From: Octopus sinensis
Lineage: Eukaryota
Reading direction: 5' to 3'
Assembly (NCBI RefSeq): GCF_006345805.1
Contig: NC_043014.1
Span: forward strand, 47,368,001 to 47,432,000
Length of the DNA: 64,000 nt
This document shows positions 24,803-37,440 of the stretch, piece after piece. Numbering within the stretch: the stretch's first letter is position 1; every line of letters starts with the position of its first letter. The notes beneath the pieces are model-generated. The model had not been told where the DNA came from and did no database searches. It saw only the letters and a list, made by a program, of their open reading frames with translations. The translations under genes and the position numbers were made by a program.

Positions 24803-25229
24803 TCCTGTGTGGGGAGTTTTGACCATTTTTATAGTGGTATATACATATAACGTACTTGTTTACTTGTCTGACTTTGCTCCATGTGTGTGTGTGTGTGTGT
24901 TTGTGTGTGCTTGTGTGTGTGTGTTTGTGTGTGTGTGCAGTGAAGTCAATGTTCTGTGATGTAAAAAGGATGTTATTGAGGTGAGGCGCGAGAGAGGGAT
25001 GAGATGAAATAAGACAGACTGAAGGTAGAAACTTAAAGGAAGTCGCTGTACAGCTGGTGGTGGCGGCAGAGATGCTAGTGATGGTGATGCTGGTGATGCT
25101 GGTGCTGGCGATGGTGTAAAGGGGATGTTGTTTATGTAATTGCTGTAGCTTCTACAACAAAGAATCTTAACTCTACACATTGAGCGGAAGGTGGGGGGGG
25201 GGCGAGTGACACACAAAGAAACCTCCACT

Positions 25230-25272
<43 letters not shown>

Positions 25273-25607
25273 ATATCTATCTATCTATCTATCTGTTTGT
25301 GTGCGTGTGTGCCTGACTGTAAAGTACATGCATGCACTCCCTCCCTCTTTCCCTTCCTCCCTCTGCTCTTCTCTTCCTCCTCCTGCTCATCTACAGCATC
25401 ATGTGCAGCAGTAGGAGTAGTAGTAGTAGTAGTAGTAGTGTTGTTGTCACATAAACACGACTCTCTCAGATTCCTTATACCCTCAGCTGCCCCGTCTGCA
25501 TCCTTTACTTAGCCCACTCCCTGCCATACATCTTCACTCAGCCTCCTCCCTCACTCCCATCCTTTGTGTGTTTACATACACACATACACACATATATATA
25601 TACATAT

Positions 25608-25641
<34 letters not shown>

Positions 25642-26213
25642 GTATATCATCTTCAATCAGCGTCCTCCTCCTTCTCTCTCTCTTGTTTTCCTACCACCAT
25701 CACCACCACCACCACCATCAACAACAGTAACAATAGCAACAACAACATCGTTTCAGTAAGTCGAAGTAACTCAGTTGCACAGTTGCTGCACCTACAATAA
25801 TGCATTGTTTGCTGCACCCGTCTTGCTCTCAACAGATTCTGTCAATCAAGAGTGGATCTCTCAAGCCGTGGCCCCAAACGCTCCGTCTCCCTAGTAATCT
25901 TCATTTCTTATACTTATTCGTTCATTTATTCCTAGAGCTGTTGTTGTTGTTATTGTCGTTGTTGTTGCTGTTGTTGTTGACATTGTGCGGGAAGCTGTTC
26001 TGTGGTTTACTCCACTCTTGCAGCGCTCGTTTTTTTTCTTTTCGATATATATATATATCTGAGTTGTTTTATACATTAATATGCACTTGTACATGTATAG
26101 ACACGTCCGTGCAGCATGAGTACTGTACTGCATGTATACATGTCTACAAATATATTGCACACATGCAGTCATATATATTTATATATTTCTAACTACTTTG
26201 CACATATATATAA

Positions 26214-26267
<54 letters not shown>

Positions 26268-26473
26268 GATGTATACATACATGCATAAATATGTTGTCGT
26301 ACAAACACATATAGATGTGTACGTACATACAGGCATCGACACATGCATATGTGTGGTGTGTGTGTATATATATATATATATTATATATACATACATACAC
26401 ACACACACAAATATACATACATGTATTTTCATACATAGATGCATTCAGACATATATGCGTACATGCAGTCGAC

Positions 26474-26505
<32 letters not shown>

Positions 26506-26582
26506 ATATATATATATACATGCATATATATATAGTTACTTGCATATGTGTGGTGTATATATATATATATATAATATATATG

Positions 26583-26699
26583 CTGTAGAAACACTGCCAG
26601 ATCAGACTGGGCCTGGTGCAGCCTTCTGGCTTCCCAGACCCCAGTTGAACCGTCCAACCCATGCTAGCATGGAAAGCGGACGTTAAATGATGATGATGA

Positions 26700-26702
<3 letters not shown>
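26583..26702 (+). mobile_element. SINE family C 3' fragment with (GAT)n tail
   Basis: GTAGAAACACTGCCAGATCAG...GGACGTTAAATGATGATGATGAT. Confidence 0.85.
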
Positions 26703-26764
<62 letters not shown>

Positions 26765-27007
26765 AACACACAAATATACATACATGTATTTTCATACATA
26801 GATGCATTCAGACATATATGCGTACATGCAGTCAACATACACAGTTACATAACCCGCTCTGGATCTTCTGTCTGTCTGTCTGTCCGTCTGTCAGTCTGTC
26901 TGTTTTGTAGCAGTGGACATTTTTGAAATATGTCCAAATGTAGTATTTGAATTGGACACACACACACATGCACACACACACACACACATGCTCACACCTG
27001 TACATTT

Positions 27008-27040
<33 letters not shown>

Positions 27041-27334
27041 TTGTGTGTATGTGTGTGTGTGTGTGTATTCCAAATCCCAAATCCATTGTCTGTCAGTCTG
27101 GCTGTCTGTCTGTTTACCTCGTGACTTTTAGCATTTTATAATAATAGGATTGCGAGTGGTGGACAGAAAGAATGCCCTGCAGTGTTTAAGTTTCACACAT
27201 GTGTATATATACAAACACACACATACACACATTATATATACATTTACACACCAACATATGTATACATACATACATACACAGTGTTTATACTCAGTTCCAC
27301 ACTCCATTGTTTGTCGGTAACATTTGTTATCACT

Positions 27335-27535
27335 TACTCTTTTACTAGTTTCAGTCATTTGACTGCGGCCATGCTGGAGCACCGCCTTTAGTCGAGTAAA
27401 TCGACCCCAGGACTTATTCTTTGTAAGCCCAGTACTTATTCTATCGGTCTCTTTTGCTGAACCGCTAAGTGACGGGGACGTAAACACACCAGCATCGGTT
27501 GTCAAGCAATGCTAGAGGGACAAACACACACACAA

Positions 27536-27600
<65 letters not shown>

Positions 27601-27695
27601 TACGACAGGCTTCTTTCAGTTTCCGTCTACCAAATCCACTCACAAGGCATTGGTCGGCCCGAGGCTATAGCAGAAGACACTTGCCCAAGATGCCG
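27335..27695 (-). mobile_element. SINE family A, 5'-truncated
   Basis: Match ends at GCCCAAGATGCC. Confidence 0.8.
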
Positions 27696-28020
27696 TGTGT
27701 GATGTAGTTTATTAATATGTACACGACCACACACACACACACACACACATATAATTGTTATAGACCCTGTTTATTCAAAGCTGAGTTTGTGCAAGTCGCT
27801 ACTCAGAGTTTCCCCTTTGCTAATCTGTCTGGTTTAATTAAATAATATTCCAGTCCGACTCACAGTTGGCTGGATTTTTCACTTAATTGCATTGGATACT
27901 AATGTCGAACCATAATATACTCTGTGTGTGTGTGTGTATACACACATATATATCCATACATGTTTACATGCATATATGCAAAAATATTGTATGTGTGTAT
28001 ATATATATATATATGCAAAA

Positions 28021-28220
28021 TGTGACCGCGTGTGTACCGTTGGCGATTTTTTTTCCTGTGTCTTCCCTTCTCTGGATCTTTCCTTCTCCTATGTTTCCGA
28101 CGAAGAGCTCCGCTTGAAACGTTAAACCCTCCTTCTTTCCTGAGCATCCAATAATACTATATTTGTTCCATGTCCTCGCGTTGTTGTGTTTTTTTTTGTG
28201 CTTTCTTGTTTGGATTAACT
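28021..28220 (+). mobile_element. Family H element, copy 2 (most intact hammerhead motif)
   Basis: GTTT CCGACGA A GAGC TCC GCTT GAA ACGT T AAAC at 28093-28127. Confidence 0.8.
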
Positions 28221-28257
<37 letters not shown>

Positions 28258-28660
28258 TATATATATATTTATTTTTTTTATATATATACACATATATATA
28301 TGTGTGTGTGTATGTGTCTGTTACATTGTGTTCACTAAAATTTATAGATATGCTTTGTAGTTTGGTATAACAACATGGAAGTTAAACGACATACAATTGT
28401 GTATGTGTGTGCGTCACGTACTCACCCAATATACTTGTATTGAGTAAGAACACTCCTCCCTTCCTCCGCCCGAGGTATTTTCCCACAGCCATTTATTGAT
28501 ATGTAACAACTGTTTTAATTTTCTCAGGCTATTTATGTTTGTGTCTGTGCATGGGTGTATGTTGTTGTTGTTGTGTATATATGTATGTATGTAGTTACAC
28601 ACACCCTGACATTGCAAAATACACATGCAGGAATGATGTAATAACTGGACGGATCATGTG

Positions 28661-29118
28661 TCTGTCTGTCTGTCTTTTAAGGGGACCATTTTTCTGTCTG
28701 TCTTTTAAGGGGACCATTTATCTGCCTGTCTTTTAAGGGGACCATTTATCTGTCTGTCTTTTTAGGGGACCATTTATCTGTCTGTCTTTTAAGGGGACCA
28801 TTTAACTGTCTGTCTTTTAAGGGGACCACTTATCTGTCTGTCTTTTAAAGGGACCATTTATCTGTCTGTCTTTTAAGGGGACCACTTATCTGGCTGTCTT
28901 TTAAGGGGACCATTTATCTGTCTGTCTTTTTAGGGGACCATTTATCTGTCTGTCTTTTAAGGGGACCACTTATCTGTCTTTTAAAGGGACCATTTATCTG
29001 TCTGTCTTTTAAGGGGACCACTTATCTGTCTGTCTTTTAAGGGGACCATTTATCTTTCTGTCTTTTAAGGGGACCACTTATCTGTCTGTCTTTTAAGGGG
29101 ACCACTTATCTGTCTGCT
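28661..29118. repeat. 28-bp minisatellite
   Basis: Unit GGGGACCATTTATCTGTCTGTCTTTTAA, roughly 16 copies. Confidence 0.9.
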
Positions 29119-29489
29119 TCTCTCTTTATTGGTTTACTTCAGTATGTCTTGTCTTTTTATCTGTCTGTCTGTCTGTCTCTCACACACACACATGCATCAA
29201 GGCATTCCAATAACTGTTTTCAAAAAGGCATTTTCAAAGTGAAACCATGTAGTGACTGTCTTCAAGTCTCTAAAATAGCCTCTAGCATGCGGGGCGTAAC
29301 CATCCTAGTCTTGGCATGACTGATTAACATACCAGTAATATACCCCAGACTGTTCCTTTGGTGAAGCAGCCACAGATTGTCTTGAATGTTAACGACATTA
29401 CTGAACAGATGTTGGGACAATTAACACACTTATCCTGCATTGATCAATCATACAGGGAAACATGGCTTGCGATTGTCTGCAGTTACAAA

Positions 29490-29640
29490 TGATTGGGTAA
29501 TAAGAAGCTTGCGTCCCAACCACATGGTTTTGGGTTCAGTTTCACTGCATGGCACCTTGGGCACGTGTCCTCTCCACTATAGTCCTAGATCAACCAAAGG
29601 TTTATAGGTAGATTTTGTTGACAGAAACTGAAAGAAGCCT
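29490..29640 (+). mobile_element. SINE family A head, partial
   Basis: CCAACCACATGG...GGTTCAG...CACCTTGGGCA...GAAACTGAAAGAAGCC. Confidence 0.7.
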
Positions 29641-29682
29641 GTGTGTGTATGTGTGCGTATGTCACCATGATTTATATATATG

Positions 29683-29717
<35 letters not shown>

Positions 29718-29724
29718 ATATATG

Positions 29725-29755
<31 letters not shown>

Positions 29756-29764
29756 GTATATATA

Positions 29765-29815
<51 letters not shown>

Positions 29816-29971
29816 AAGCAAATAAGTAACAAGGATGTCCAGGTATTAGTGCATTCCAACCGTTTGCTTTCATTCACCTTACTTCGAGGTGTGTGGATAA
29901 TATTGGACTGACTTGGTGCCTCAACTTAAGTACCTAATTCAACTGAATCTTAATTATTTCTGATGTGTGTG

Positions 29972-30028
<57 letters not shown>

Positions 30029-30049
30029 GAACGATGTTGCACATTCTCA

Positions 30050-30770
30050 CACATGTATCACATTCTCATGCACACTGCACATTCACACACAAACATTGCA
30101 CATTCTAGCATACATTACACATTCTCTTGCACACACAACACGTTCTCTTGCACATACAACACGTTCTCTTGTGCACACATCACATTTTCTTGCACACACA
30201 ACACGTTCTCTTGCACACACAACACGTTCTCTTGTGCACACAACACGTTCTCTTGCACACACAACACATTCTCTTGCACACACGACACGTTCTCTTGCAC
30301 ACACAACACGTTCTCTTGCACACACAACACGTTCTCTTGCACACACAACACGTTCTCTTGCACACACAACACGTTCTCTTATGCACACAACACGTTCTCT
30401 TGTGCACACAGCACATTCTCTTGCACATGTAACATGTTCCCTTGTGCACACAACACGTTCCCTTGCACACACAACACGTTCTCTTATGCACACAACACAT
30501 TCTCTTGCACATGTAACATATTCTCTTGTGCACACAGCACGTTCCCTTGTGCACACAACACGTTCCCTTGCACACACAACACATTCTCTTGCACATGTTA
30601 TATGTTCTCTTGTGCACACAGCACGTTCCCTTGCGCACACAACATGTTCTCTTGTGCACACAACACATTCTCTTGCACATGTAACACGTTCCCTTGCGCA
30701 CACATAGCACATTCTCTTGCACATATAACACCCCTCACATACATTACACATTCTTGCACTACACATTCCC
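30050..30770. repeat. 21-bp minisatellite
   Basis: Unit CACACAACACGTTCTCTTGCA; explains the six overlapping repetitive ORFs. Confidence 0.9.
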
Positions 30771-30917
30771 ACACACATTAACATATTCATACACACACAC
30801 ACACTACGATCATTATCCATTCATTCCTTCAAGTATTTCCATTCAGTCAACATAGACAAACAGTCTCTCCTCCTCCAAACAGGCCAACTTCAGTGTATTT
30901 TCTGTTTGTAATTCCAG

Positions 30918-31000
30918 CATGGGATTGTACCAATATTTGACCGAAGTGAGAGTCTTGAAGGGAAACGGATCGGAAGCAATATGAAAATTCAACACACTAG
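30918..31000 (+). CDS. Candidate internal exon HGIVPIFDRSESLEGKRIGSNMKIQHT (phase 0 to 2)
   Basis: Acceptor TTTTCTGTTTGTAATTCCAG, strong donor TAG|GTATGT, single open frame, unique sequence. Confidence 0.4.
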
Positions 31001-31246
31001 GTATGTAATGTTTCTAAACATTTTTTCTTATTTGATGTGGGTTTGCTAGGTCTACCTTATTCAGGTGAATTTAACATGGTTGTAAATGAATGTAACTTGA
31101 GTTGATCAGGACCTTCCTGTATATTCAGCATTGGTTATCTACCTTGTTTGATTACACTGTGTAACAAATTTTTTTTTTGCCTTTGGTCAGTAAGTGTTAT
31201 TTCCTATCTGCCTCTATCTAGAGATCAAAGGAAATGACTACTATTC

Positions 31247-31537
31247 CCTTCAAACTTTGCTTTTGTGACCTGGACATCAATGTTTTGAAACTGACCTATT
31301 TTCCATTACATTTCAAAAAGATTCAGCACTGAGTTGCTGAAGCAGAAATATCATTATAGCAAATATTCTGCTCAATACCACAGATTTGCTTGCCACTTGC
31401 TTGACCTTAATCACTTAAGCAATGTCCCTTAGTGGCTGACAATATGTGCATGTTTGATCATGAGCTGGAGTAGTGGGCTGCTCATGAGAGGGATTCTTTG
31501 GGGTTTGAATAAATGTAACAAAAGCAAAGTTTGAAGG
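31247..31537. mobile_element. Element with perfect 20-bp inverted repeats enclosing part of the 60.5-kb repeat
   Basis: CCTTCAAACTTTGCTTTTGT (31247-31266) / ACAAAAGCAAAGTTTGAAGG (31518-31537); interior ~31356-31510 matches ~60575-60740. Confidence 0.65.
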
Positions 31538-31785
31538 AAATATTAGCCATTTTTCACACTTTCTAGGGGTCAGCAAATAGGAAATAACTGTTGCTACCCA
31601 AGGGCAAAAATGGTGTTACACAAAGTTATCCAAAGGATTTCCTGAGAAATCATGCACAGTCTGGCAAGATTATATATGCTGTATATATATAGGTGTATAC
31701 ATACATTTATATAATTCATTCAATGTTATAAAGAATTTGTTTTATTCTGGCAACATTCAAAGATTCTTCTCTGCTATTGACACAC

Positions 31786-32282
31786 AAACTTAACATCATC
31801 CAATGACACATGTTGTCTGTCACTGACACACACATGTATACACTTATCAGCAGTCAAGAACACATGCCTGCTACTGACACACACACACCTTACATCATTC
31901 AGTGATATGTCATCTGCTACCAACACATATCTAACATCATTCAATGACACATATTGTCTGTTGCTGGTACATACCCAACCATTTTTCAGTGACCCATGTT
32001 GTCTGCTACCGACACACACCCACCATCATTCAAGAACACATCTGTTACTGACGCTTAACATCATACAATGACACATGTTGTCTGTTAACTGACACACGCC
32101 TAACATCATACAATGACACATATCTGCTACTGAGACACACACCTTACATCATTCAATGACATGTTGTTTGTTACTGACACACATCTTACACCATTCAATA
32201 ACCTATGCCTAATATCAACACACACCTAATATCATACAATAACACATGTTGTCTGTTACTAACACATACCTATCATCATTCA
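31786..32282. repeat. Degenerate ~45-50-bp minisatellite
   Basis: Recurring AACATCATTCAATGACACATGTTGTCTGTTACTGACACACAC. Confidence 0.75.
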
Positions 32283-32394
32283 AATTAAGCATTTTGATGA
32301 GGATAAGGGTGTTCAATTTACTGTAGAAGGCCTTAGGCCAATAATATACATGATGTGGAATATATCTAATTTATTTATTTATTTATACGCCCTT

Positions 32395-32665
32395 TTTCAA
32401 GCCTAGCCAGGCTCATGGGCCCCGGTTTCCTGGTTTCTGTGGTGTATGTGTTCCCCACAGCTGGACGGGACACCAGTTCATTGCCGCGTTACTCATGAAA
32501 CAGGAAGAGAGAGTGAGAGAAAGTTGTGGGCCCCTGCCGGAGCCTCGTGGAACTTTAGGTGTTTTCGCTCAATAAACACACACAACACCCTGTCTGGGAA
32601 TCGAAACCGCGATCCTCCAAACGTGAGTCCGCTGCCCTAACCACTGGGCCATTGCGCCTCCACAG
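32395..32665 (-). mobile_element. tRNA-derived SINE family D
   Basis: Minus strand GTGGAGGCGCAATGGCCCAGTGGTTAGGGCAGCGG...GGTTTCGATTCCCAGAC. Confidence 0.75.
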
Positions 32666-33204
32666 GAATATATGTAATAGTGTTGATTAAATTAACTCCT
32701 GTCTTTGATTAATTCTACCTAAATATAAGATGAGGTCATCTCTGGTGAGATTGAGATAGAATTGACACAGTTTCTGAAGGAATGGTACTGATGTTGAGCA
32801 AATCTTGTGTTATTGGGGCTAGTTTGGATTTCTTTATGAATAGTGCTGTGAATGTTGCTGTGTGTTTCAGGTAATTTCTTGTACTTTGGTTTGTGTGCGT
32901 GGGTGGCAGTGATGGGGGGATTACATTTGATGTCCCTTGGTGTTTCCGAGAAGAAGGGAGCTGGTTGAATTGCTATGTTCTGGATTTAAACTTCCAGGTG
33001 GTCAAAATAAGTTAGGAGTATTTCTGTAGTTCTGTAGCCATGTCTGAAGAATGGTAACCGGAGAGTGGGAAAGAAGACTTCTGTAGCTGTAACGGAGGGT
33101 TGGGCTTGCTAGAAATAACAACCATATCTTCCCCAACTCTTTTGTTAATTATTAGAAAAATTAACAAAATTATTTTGAGGATGATGATAGTATTGATGGT
33201 GATT

Positions 33205-33440
33205 AAGGCAGCGTGTTGGCAGAAGTGTTATAGCACCGGCCAAAATGCTTAACAGTATTTCGTCTGCCGCTATGTTCTGAGTTCAAATTCCGCCGAGGTC
33301 GACTTTGCCTTTCATCCTTTCGGGGCCGATAAATTAAGTACCAGTTGCGTACTGAGGTCAATATAATTGACTTAATCCGTTTGTCTGTCCTTTTTTGTCC
33401 CCTCTGTGTTTAGCCCCTTGAGGGTAGTAAAGAAATAGGT
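33205..33440 (+). mobile_element. SINE family B
   Basis: Full match. Confidence 0.85.
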
Positions 33441-33874
33441 TATGCTCCCCCCCCCATACACTGACACTACAATAGTGATGATGATTATGATGGTATTGGT
33501 AGGAGCAATGAGTGATGGGATGTCCTCTCTTTCTCTCCATTGACAATTCCCACAATTCAGTAATCCAGCTTGGTGTAGTTTACTTTGACAACTTCCAGTT
33601 TACTGTCACTAACATGTTGACAACTTCCTCAGACCTCACCCTACACCCTTCCTCCTCTGTAATCGCCATGGTGATGATGGCGGTAGTGGTGGTGGTGATG
33701 ATTCTGTTGCTCTTCCCCTTTATCTGATGTCCCCCTTTTCTACATCACACCCAAACATACACGAACACTAACGTACATCATATGCACACATGCAATCACA
33801 CACACGCACGCAATCACAGCACACATATACTCACATACAAGCACGTAACTCACATACAAAAATATATATATTTC

Positions 33875-34283
33875 TTTACTACCCACAAGGGGCTAAACAC
33901 AGAAGGGACAAACAAGGACAGACAAATGGATTAAATCAATTATATCGACCCCAGTGCATAACTGGTACTTATTTTATCAACCCTGAAAGGATGAAAGGCA
34001 AAGTCGACCTCGGCAGAATTTGAACTCAGAACGTAATGGCAGACAAAATGCCTATTTCTTTACTACCCACAAGGGGCTATACACAGACGGGACAAACAAG
34101 GACAGACAAACAGATTAAGTCGATTACATCGACCCCAGTGCGTAACTGGTACTTATTTAATCGACCTCGAAAGGATGAAAGGCAAAGTCGACCTCGGCGG
34201 CATTTGAACTCAGAACGTAACGGCAGACGAAATACAGCTACGCATTTCGCCCAGCTTGCTAACGTTTCTGCCAGCTCGCTGCC
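33875..34283 (-). mobile_element. SINE family B, two tandem copies
   Basis: Reverse-complement family B units. Confidence 0.85.
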
Positions 34284-34700
34284 CTGACATACGAAAATAT
34301 ATCGGCTGTACATGTACACATCACAAAAAACACTCCACAAACACATTGCACACAGAGAAGCAAATCACACACAGATGCACGCACCCACACAAAAAGACAT
34401 ATCTCACACACACACACGCGCATACGTGCACACTCTTAAGGCCCACTGCTTAGTTCTTGTGTTAAGTGGATGAGAGAGAAATCTCCTCTTGGATAGGAAA
34501 AGTCTCTTTTAAAATGTATCCCTCCCTCCAATATTGATGGCCTTGGTTTCAAATGTCAGTAGCCTTGTCACTTTAGTGTACCGACTTTTCAAATTTATAG
34601 TCTTCGCTGAATATTTTTTGCCAACACATACCAGCACCGACTGGCTTAGATTGGCACAGACCAACACAGGCCAAGACAGGCTAGTACAGATTAACAAAGA

Positions 34701-35275
34701 CCGACATTGACCGGCACGGACTGACATTGACCGGCACGGACTGACATTGACCGGCACGGACTGACATTGACTGGCACGGAGTGACATTGACCCACACGGA
34801 CCGACATTGACCGGCACGGACTGACATTGACCGGCACGGACTGACATTGACCGGCACGGACTGACATTGACCGGCACGGACTGACATTGACCGGCACGGA
34901 GTGACATTGACCGGCACGGACCGACATTGACCGGCACGGACCGACATTGACCGGCACGAACCGACATTGACCGGCACAAACCGACATTGACCGGCATGGA
35001 CCGCATTGACTGACATAGGCTGGCACAAACCAACATTGTCCAGCACAGATTGACAGAAACTGGTACAGACTGACACTAGCTAACATGGATTGACATAGAC
35101 CAGCACAGACTGACATAAGCTGGCTCAGTCAAGCACATGCCAGCCCAGACTGACACAGACCAGCATATCCTGATACTGACTGACACAGACCAAGACTGGC
35201 ACCAACCAATGCAGATCTTCACAGACTGCTACTGACCTGTTCAGACTGGCTGACACTGACATAGACTAGTACAGC
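34701..35275. repeat. 20-bp minisatellite with degenerate flank
   Basis: Unit GACATTGACCGGCACGGACT about 15 times (34701-35012), decaying beyond. Confidence 0.9.
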
Positions 35276-35660
35276 CAATGCAGTGCATACCTTTGTATTT
35301 ATTTATTTATGCATCCATAAATGTGTGTAAAAGTGCTGTATGGCCAAATGGTTTAGAAGTTTGTTTCACAATCAGAAGATCTCGGGTTTGTTCCTGTTCT
35401 GTGATATTCTGTTCTTGGGTAAAATCCCTCTTTGTTTTTTACTTGCTCCATTCCACTCAGCTAAAAATGAAGACCAACAACAACTTGTTCAAGGGAGAAT
35501 GTTATATTCTCATGTGAGGGTGTTCACTCTTTGACAAATTGTGGGCTCCTTTGGTGGGTGGGTGGGTTGGTGGGGTGCTAGTATTATAATCGTATTTCGC
35601 TTAAATGCCATGGAGACTGGAATGAGCTCTGGACCAATCAGCCAGTAAGCATACGACACA

Positions 35661-35695
<35 letters not shown>

Positions 35696-35699
35696 ATGT

Positions 35700-35864
35700 A
35701 CAGGCACAAGAGTGGCTGTGTGGTAAGAAGCTTGCTTCCCAACCACATGGTTCCAGCTTCAGTCCCACTGTGTGGCATCTTGGGTGAGTGTCTTCTGCTA
35801 TAGCCCTGGGCTGACCAATGACTTATCAGTCGATTTGGTAGACAGAAATTGAAAGAAGTCTATC

Positions 35865-35901
<37 letters not shown>

Positions 35902-36303
35902 ATCCAAACAAGAAAGCACAAAAAAACACAACAACGCGAGGATGTGGAACAAATATAGCATTATTGGACACTCAGGAAAGAAAGAGGGTTTAACGTTTTG
36001 AGCGGAGCTCTTCGTCGGAAACATAGGAGAAGGGAAGACAGGAAAAAAAATCGCCAATGGTACACACACAGATATATATAAATATATGTATGTATGTATG
36101 TATTTGTGTGCCTGTTTGTCCTCTCCAACCATCGCTTGGCAACCGATGTTGGTGTATTTATGTTCCCATAACATTGCAGTTTGGCAAAAGAGACCAATAA
36201 AATAAGTATTAGGCTTACAAAGAATAAGACCTGAGGTCAGTTTGTTCAACTAAAGGCAGTGCTCCAGCATGGCTGCATTCAAATGACAAACAAGTAAAAG
36301 AGT
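35700..36303 (+). mobile_element. SINE family A with nested family H copy
   Basis: Head 35700-35870, (TA)n, insert, tail to about 36303. Confidence 0.8.
35897..36068 (-). mobile_element. Family H element, copy 3 (G12A)
   Basis: Minus strand GTTTCCGACGAAGAGCTCCGCTCAAAACGTTAAAC at 35988-36022. Confidence 0.8.
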
Positions 36304-36314
36304 GTGTGTATATA

Positions 36315-36368
<54 letters not shown>

Positions 36369-36396
36369 TATACACGCACGCACACACACACATATT

Positions 36397-36955
36397 CGGT
36401 AATGCCTCAATAAACAAGTTAATTTGTTTCCAGAGACCAGTTGTAAAGTGAAAACTGGTAAAGCAGAGCGATAATTTCCCATAGTAGCAATGTTATGAAT
36501 CACAATTCATTCCCAGAAAAATAATTTTACTTATAAAATTTATAATTCTCATAAATAAATGGCAATAAAACAGCAGTAGAACGTAAAGAATATTTAATGT
36601 AAAGTAAAAAGAATGTCGAGATCATTTATAATAAATTTTATAATTGTTTTCTGAATCACTTTCGCTAGTATTAGACTCACACACACTATCACTTGTAGAT
36701 GCAATCACCGATTCACAAGCACTTGTAGACAGACTTGTAGGTTTCTTTTTAAAAAGACAAGTCTAGAGTTGTTTGCTTAGAAGAAGCTTTTTTTTTTTCT
36801 GCTCTCTATAAATTTCTCGGTAACATGCAGAAGCATTTATTATGATAGTTAGAAACTTTTGCCCTTGGTTCAAAATTTGGATCTTGTGCTTGAAAAATAA
36901 AACTCATAAACCTGGCGTCTTGTAAAGTAGGTCCTTGTAAACTGGGGTATTACTG
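36397..36955. mobile_element. TcMar-Tigger-like non-autonomous element
   Basis: Imperfect TIR CGGTAATGCCTCAATAAACAAG / CTTGTAAACTGGGGTATTACTG. Confidence 0.5.
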
Positions 36956-37071
36956 TGTGTGCATATATATATATATATATATACACCGGAGTAAGCACAT
37001 AAATGTGAAACAAGGTGGAAAAAAGAGTTTTCAAATTCCAGAGGTAGAGTAATATACTTTATTTAAAAGCA

Positions 37072-37111
37072 GCTGTTTGACGAACTGGAACGTGAAACTC
37101 TGAGTAACAGC
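37072..37111 (+). ncRNA. Minimal type I hammerhead-like motif inside a 20-bp inverted repeat
   Basis: GCTGT TTGACGA ACT GGAA CGT GAA ACTC T GAGT A ACAGC; flanking IR 37054-37073 / 37127-37146. Confidence 0.6.
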
Positions 37112-37254
37112 TTTTGTTATATATCTGCTGCTTTTAAATAAAGTATGTATATATATATATATATATAATATATATATATATATACACACACACGCACACA
37201 CACACTCTACTATTAACCCCACATAATATATAATATCACAGAACACAACCATAC

Positions 37255-37440
37255 AAAGCTACGTTGGGCCAGTTATGTCGCAAGGCTCACGGACAGTCTT
37301 TGGACCCGTGCTTTTGTTGAGTGGTACTCGCACGAATGGAAGCAACCACTTGGAAGACTTCTCATCAGGTGGGAAGATGATCTAAGAAAGATGTTTGGAA
37401 CACTGGAGGAGAATGGCAAGAACATGAGAAGAATAAACCA
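37255..37440 (+). mobile_element. RTE LINE ORF C-terminal remnant
   Basis: KLRWASYVARLTDSLWTRAFVEWYSHEWKQPLGRLLIRWEDDLRK resembles the RTE RWAGHVAR...GRP...RWED motif. Confidence 0.75.

Noticed and set aside
28661-29118. CRISPR-like array of 28-bp repeats
   Set aside because: Units are contiguous with no unique spacers, the context is eukaryotic and there are no cas genes; it is a minisatellite.
29963-30820. 272-aa and 245-aa Cys/His-rich repeat proteins
   Set aside because: Translations of a 21-bp minisatellite that is open on both strands.
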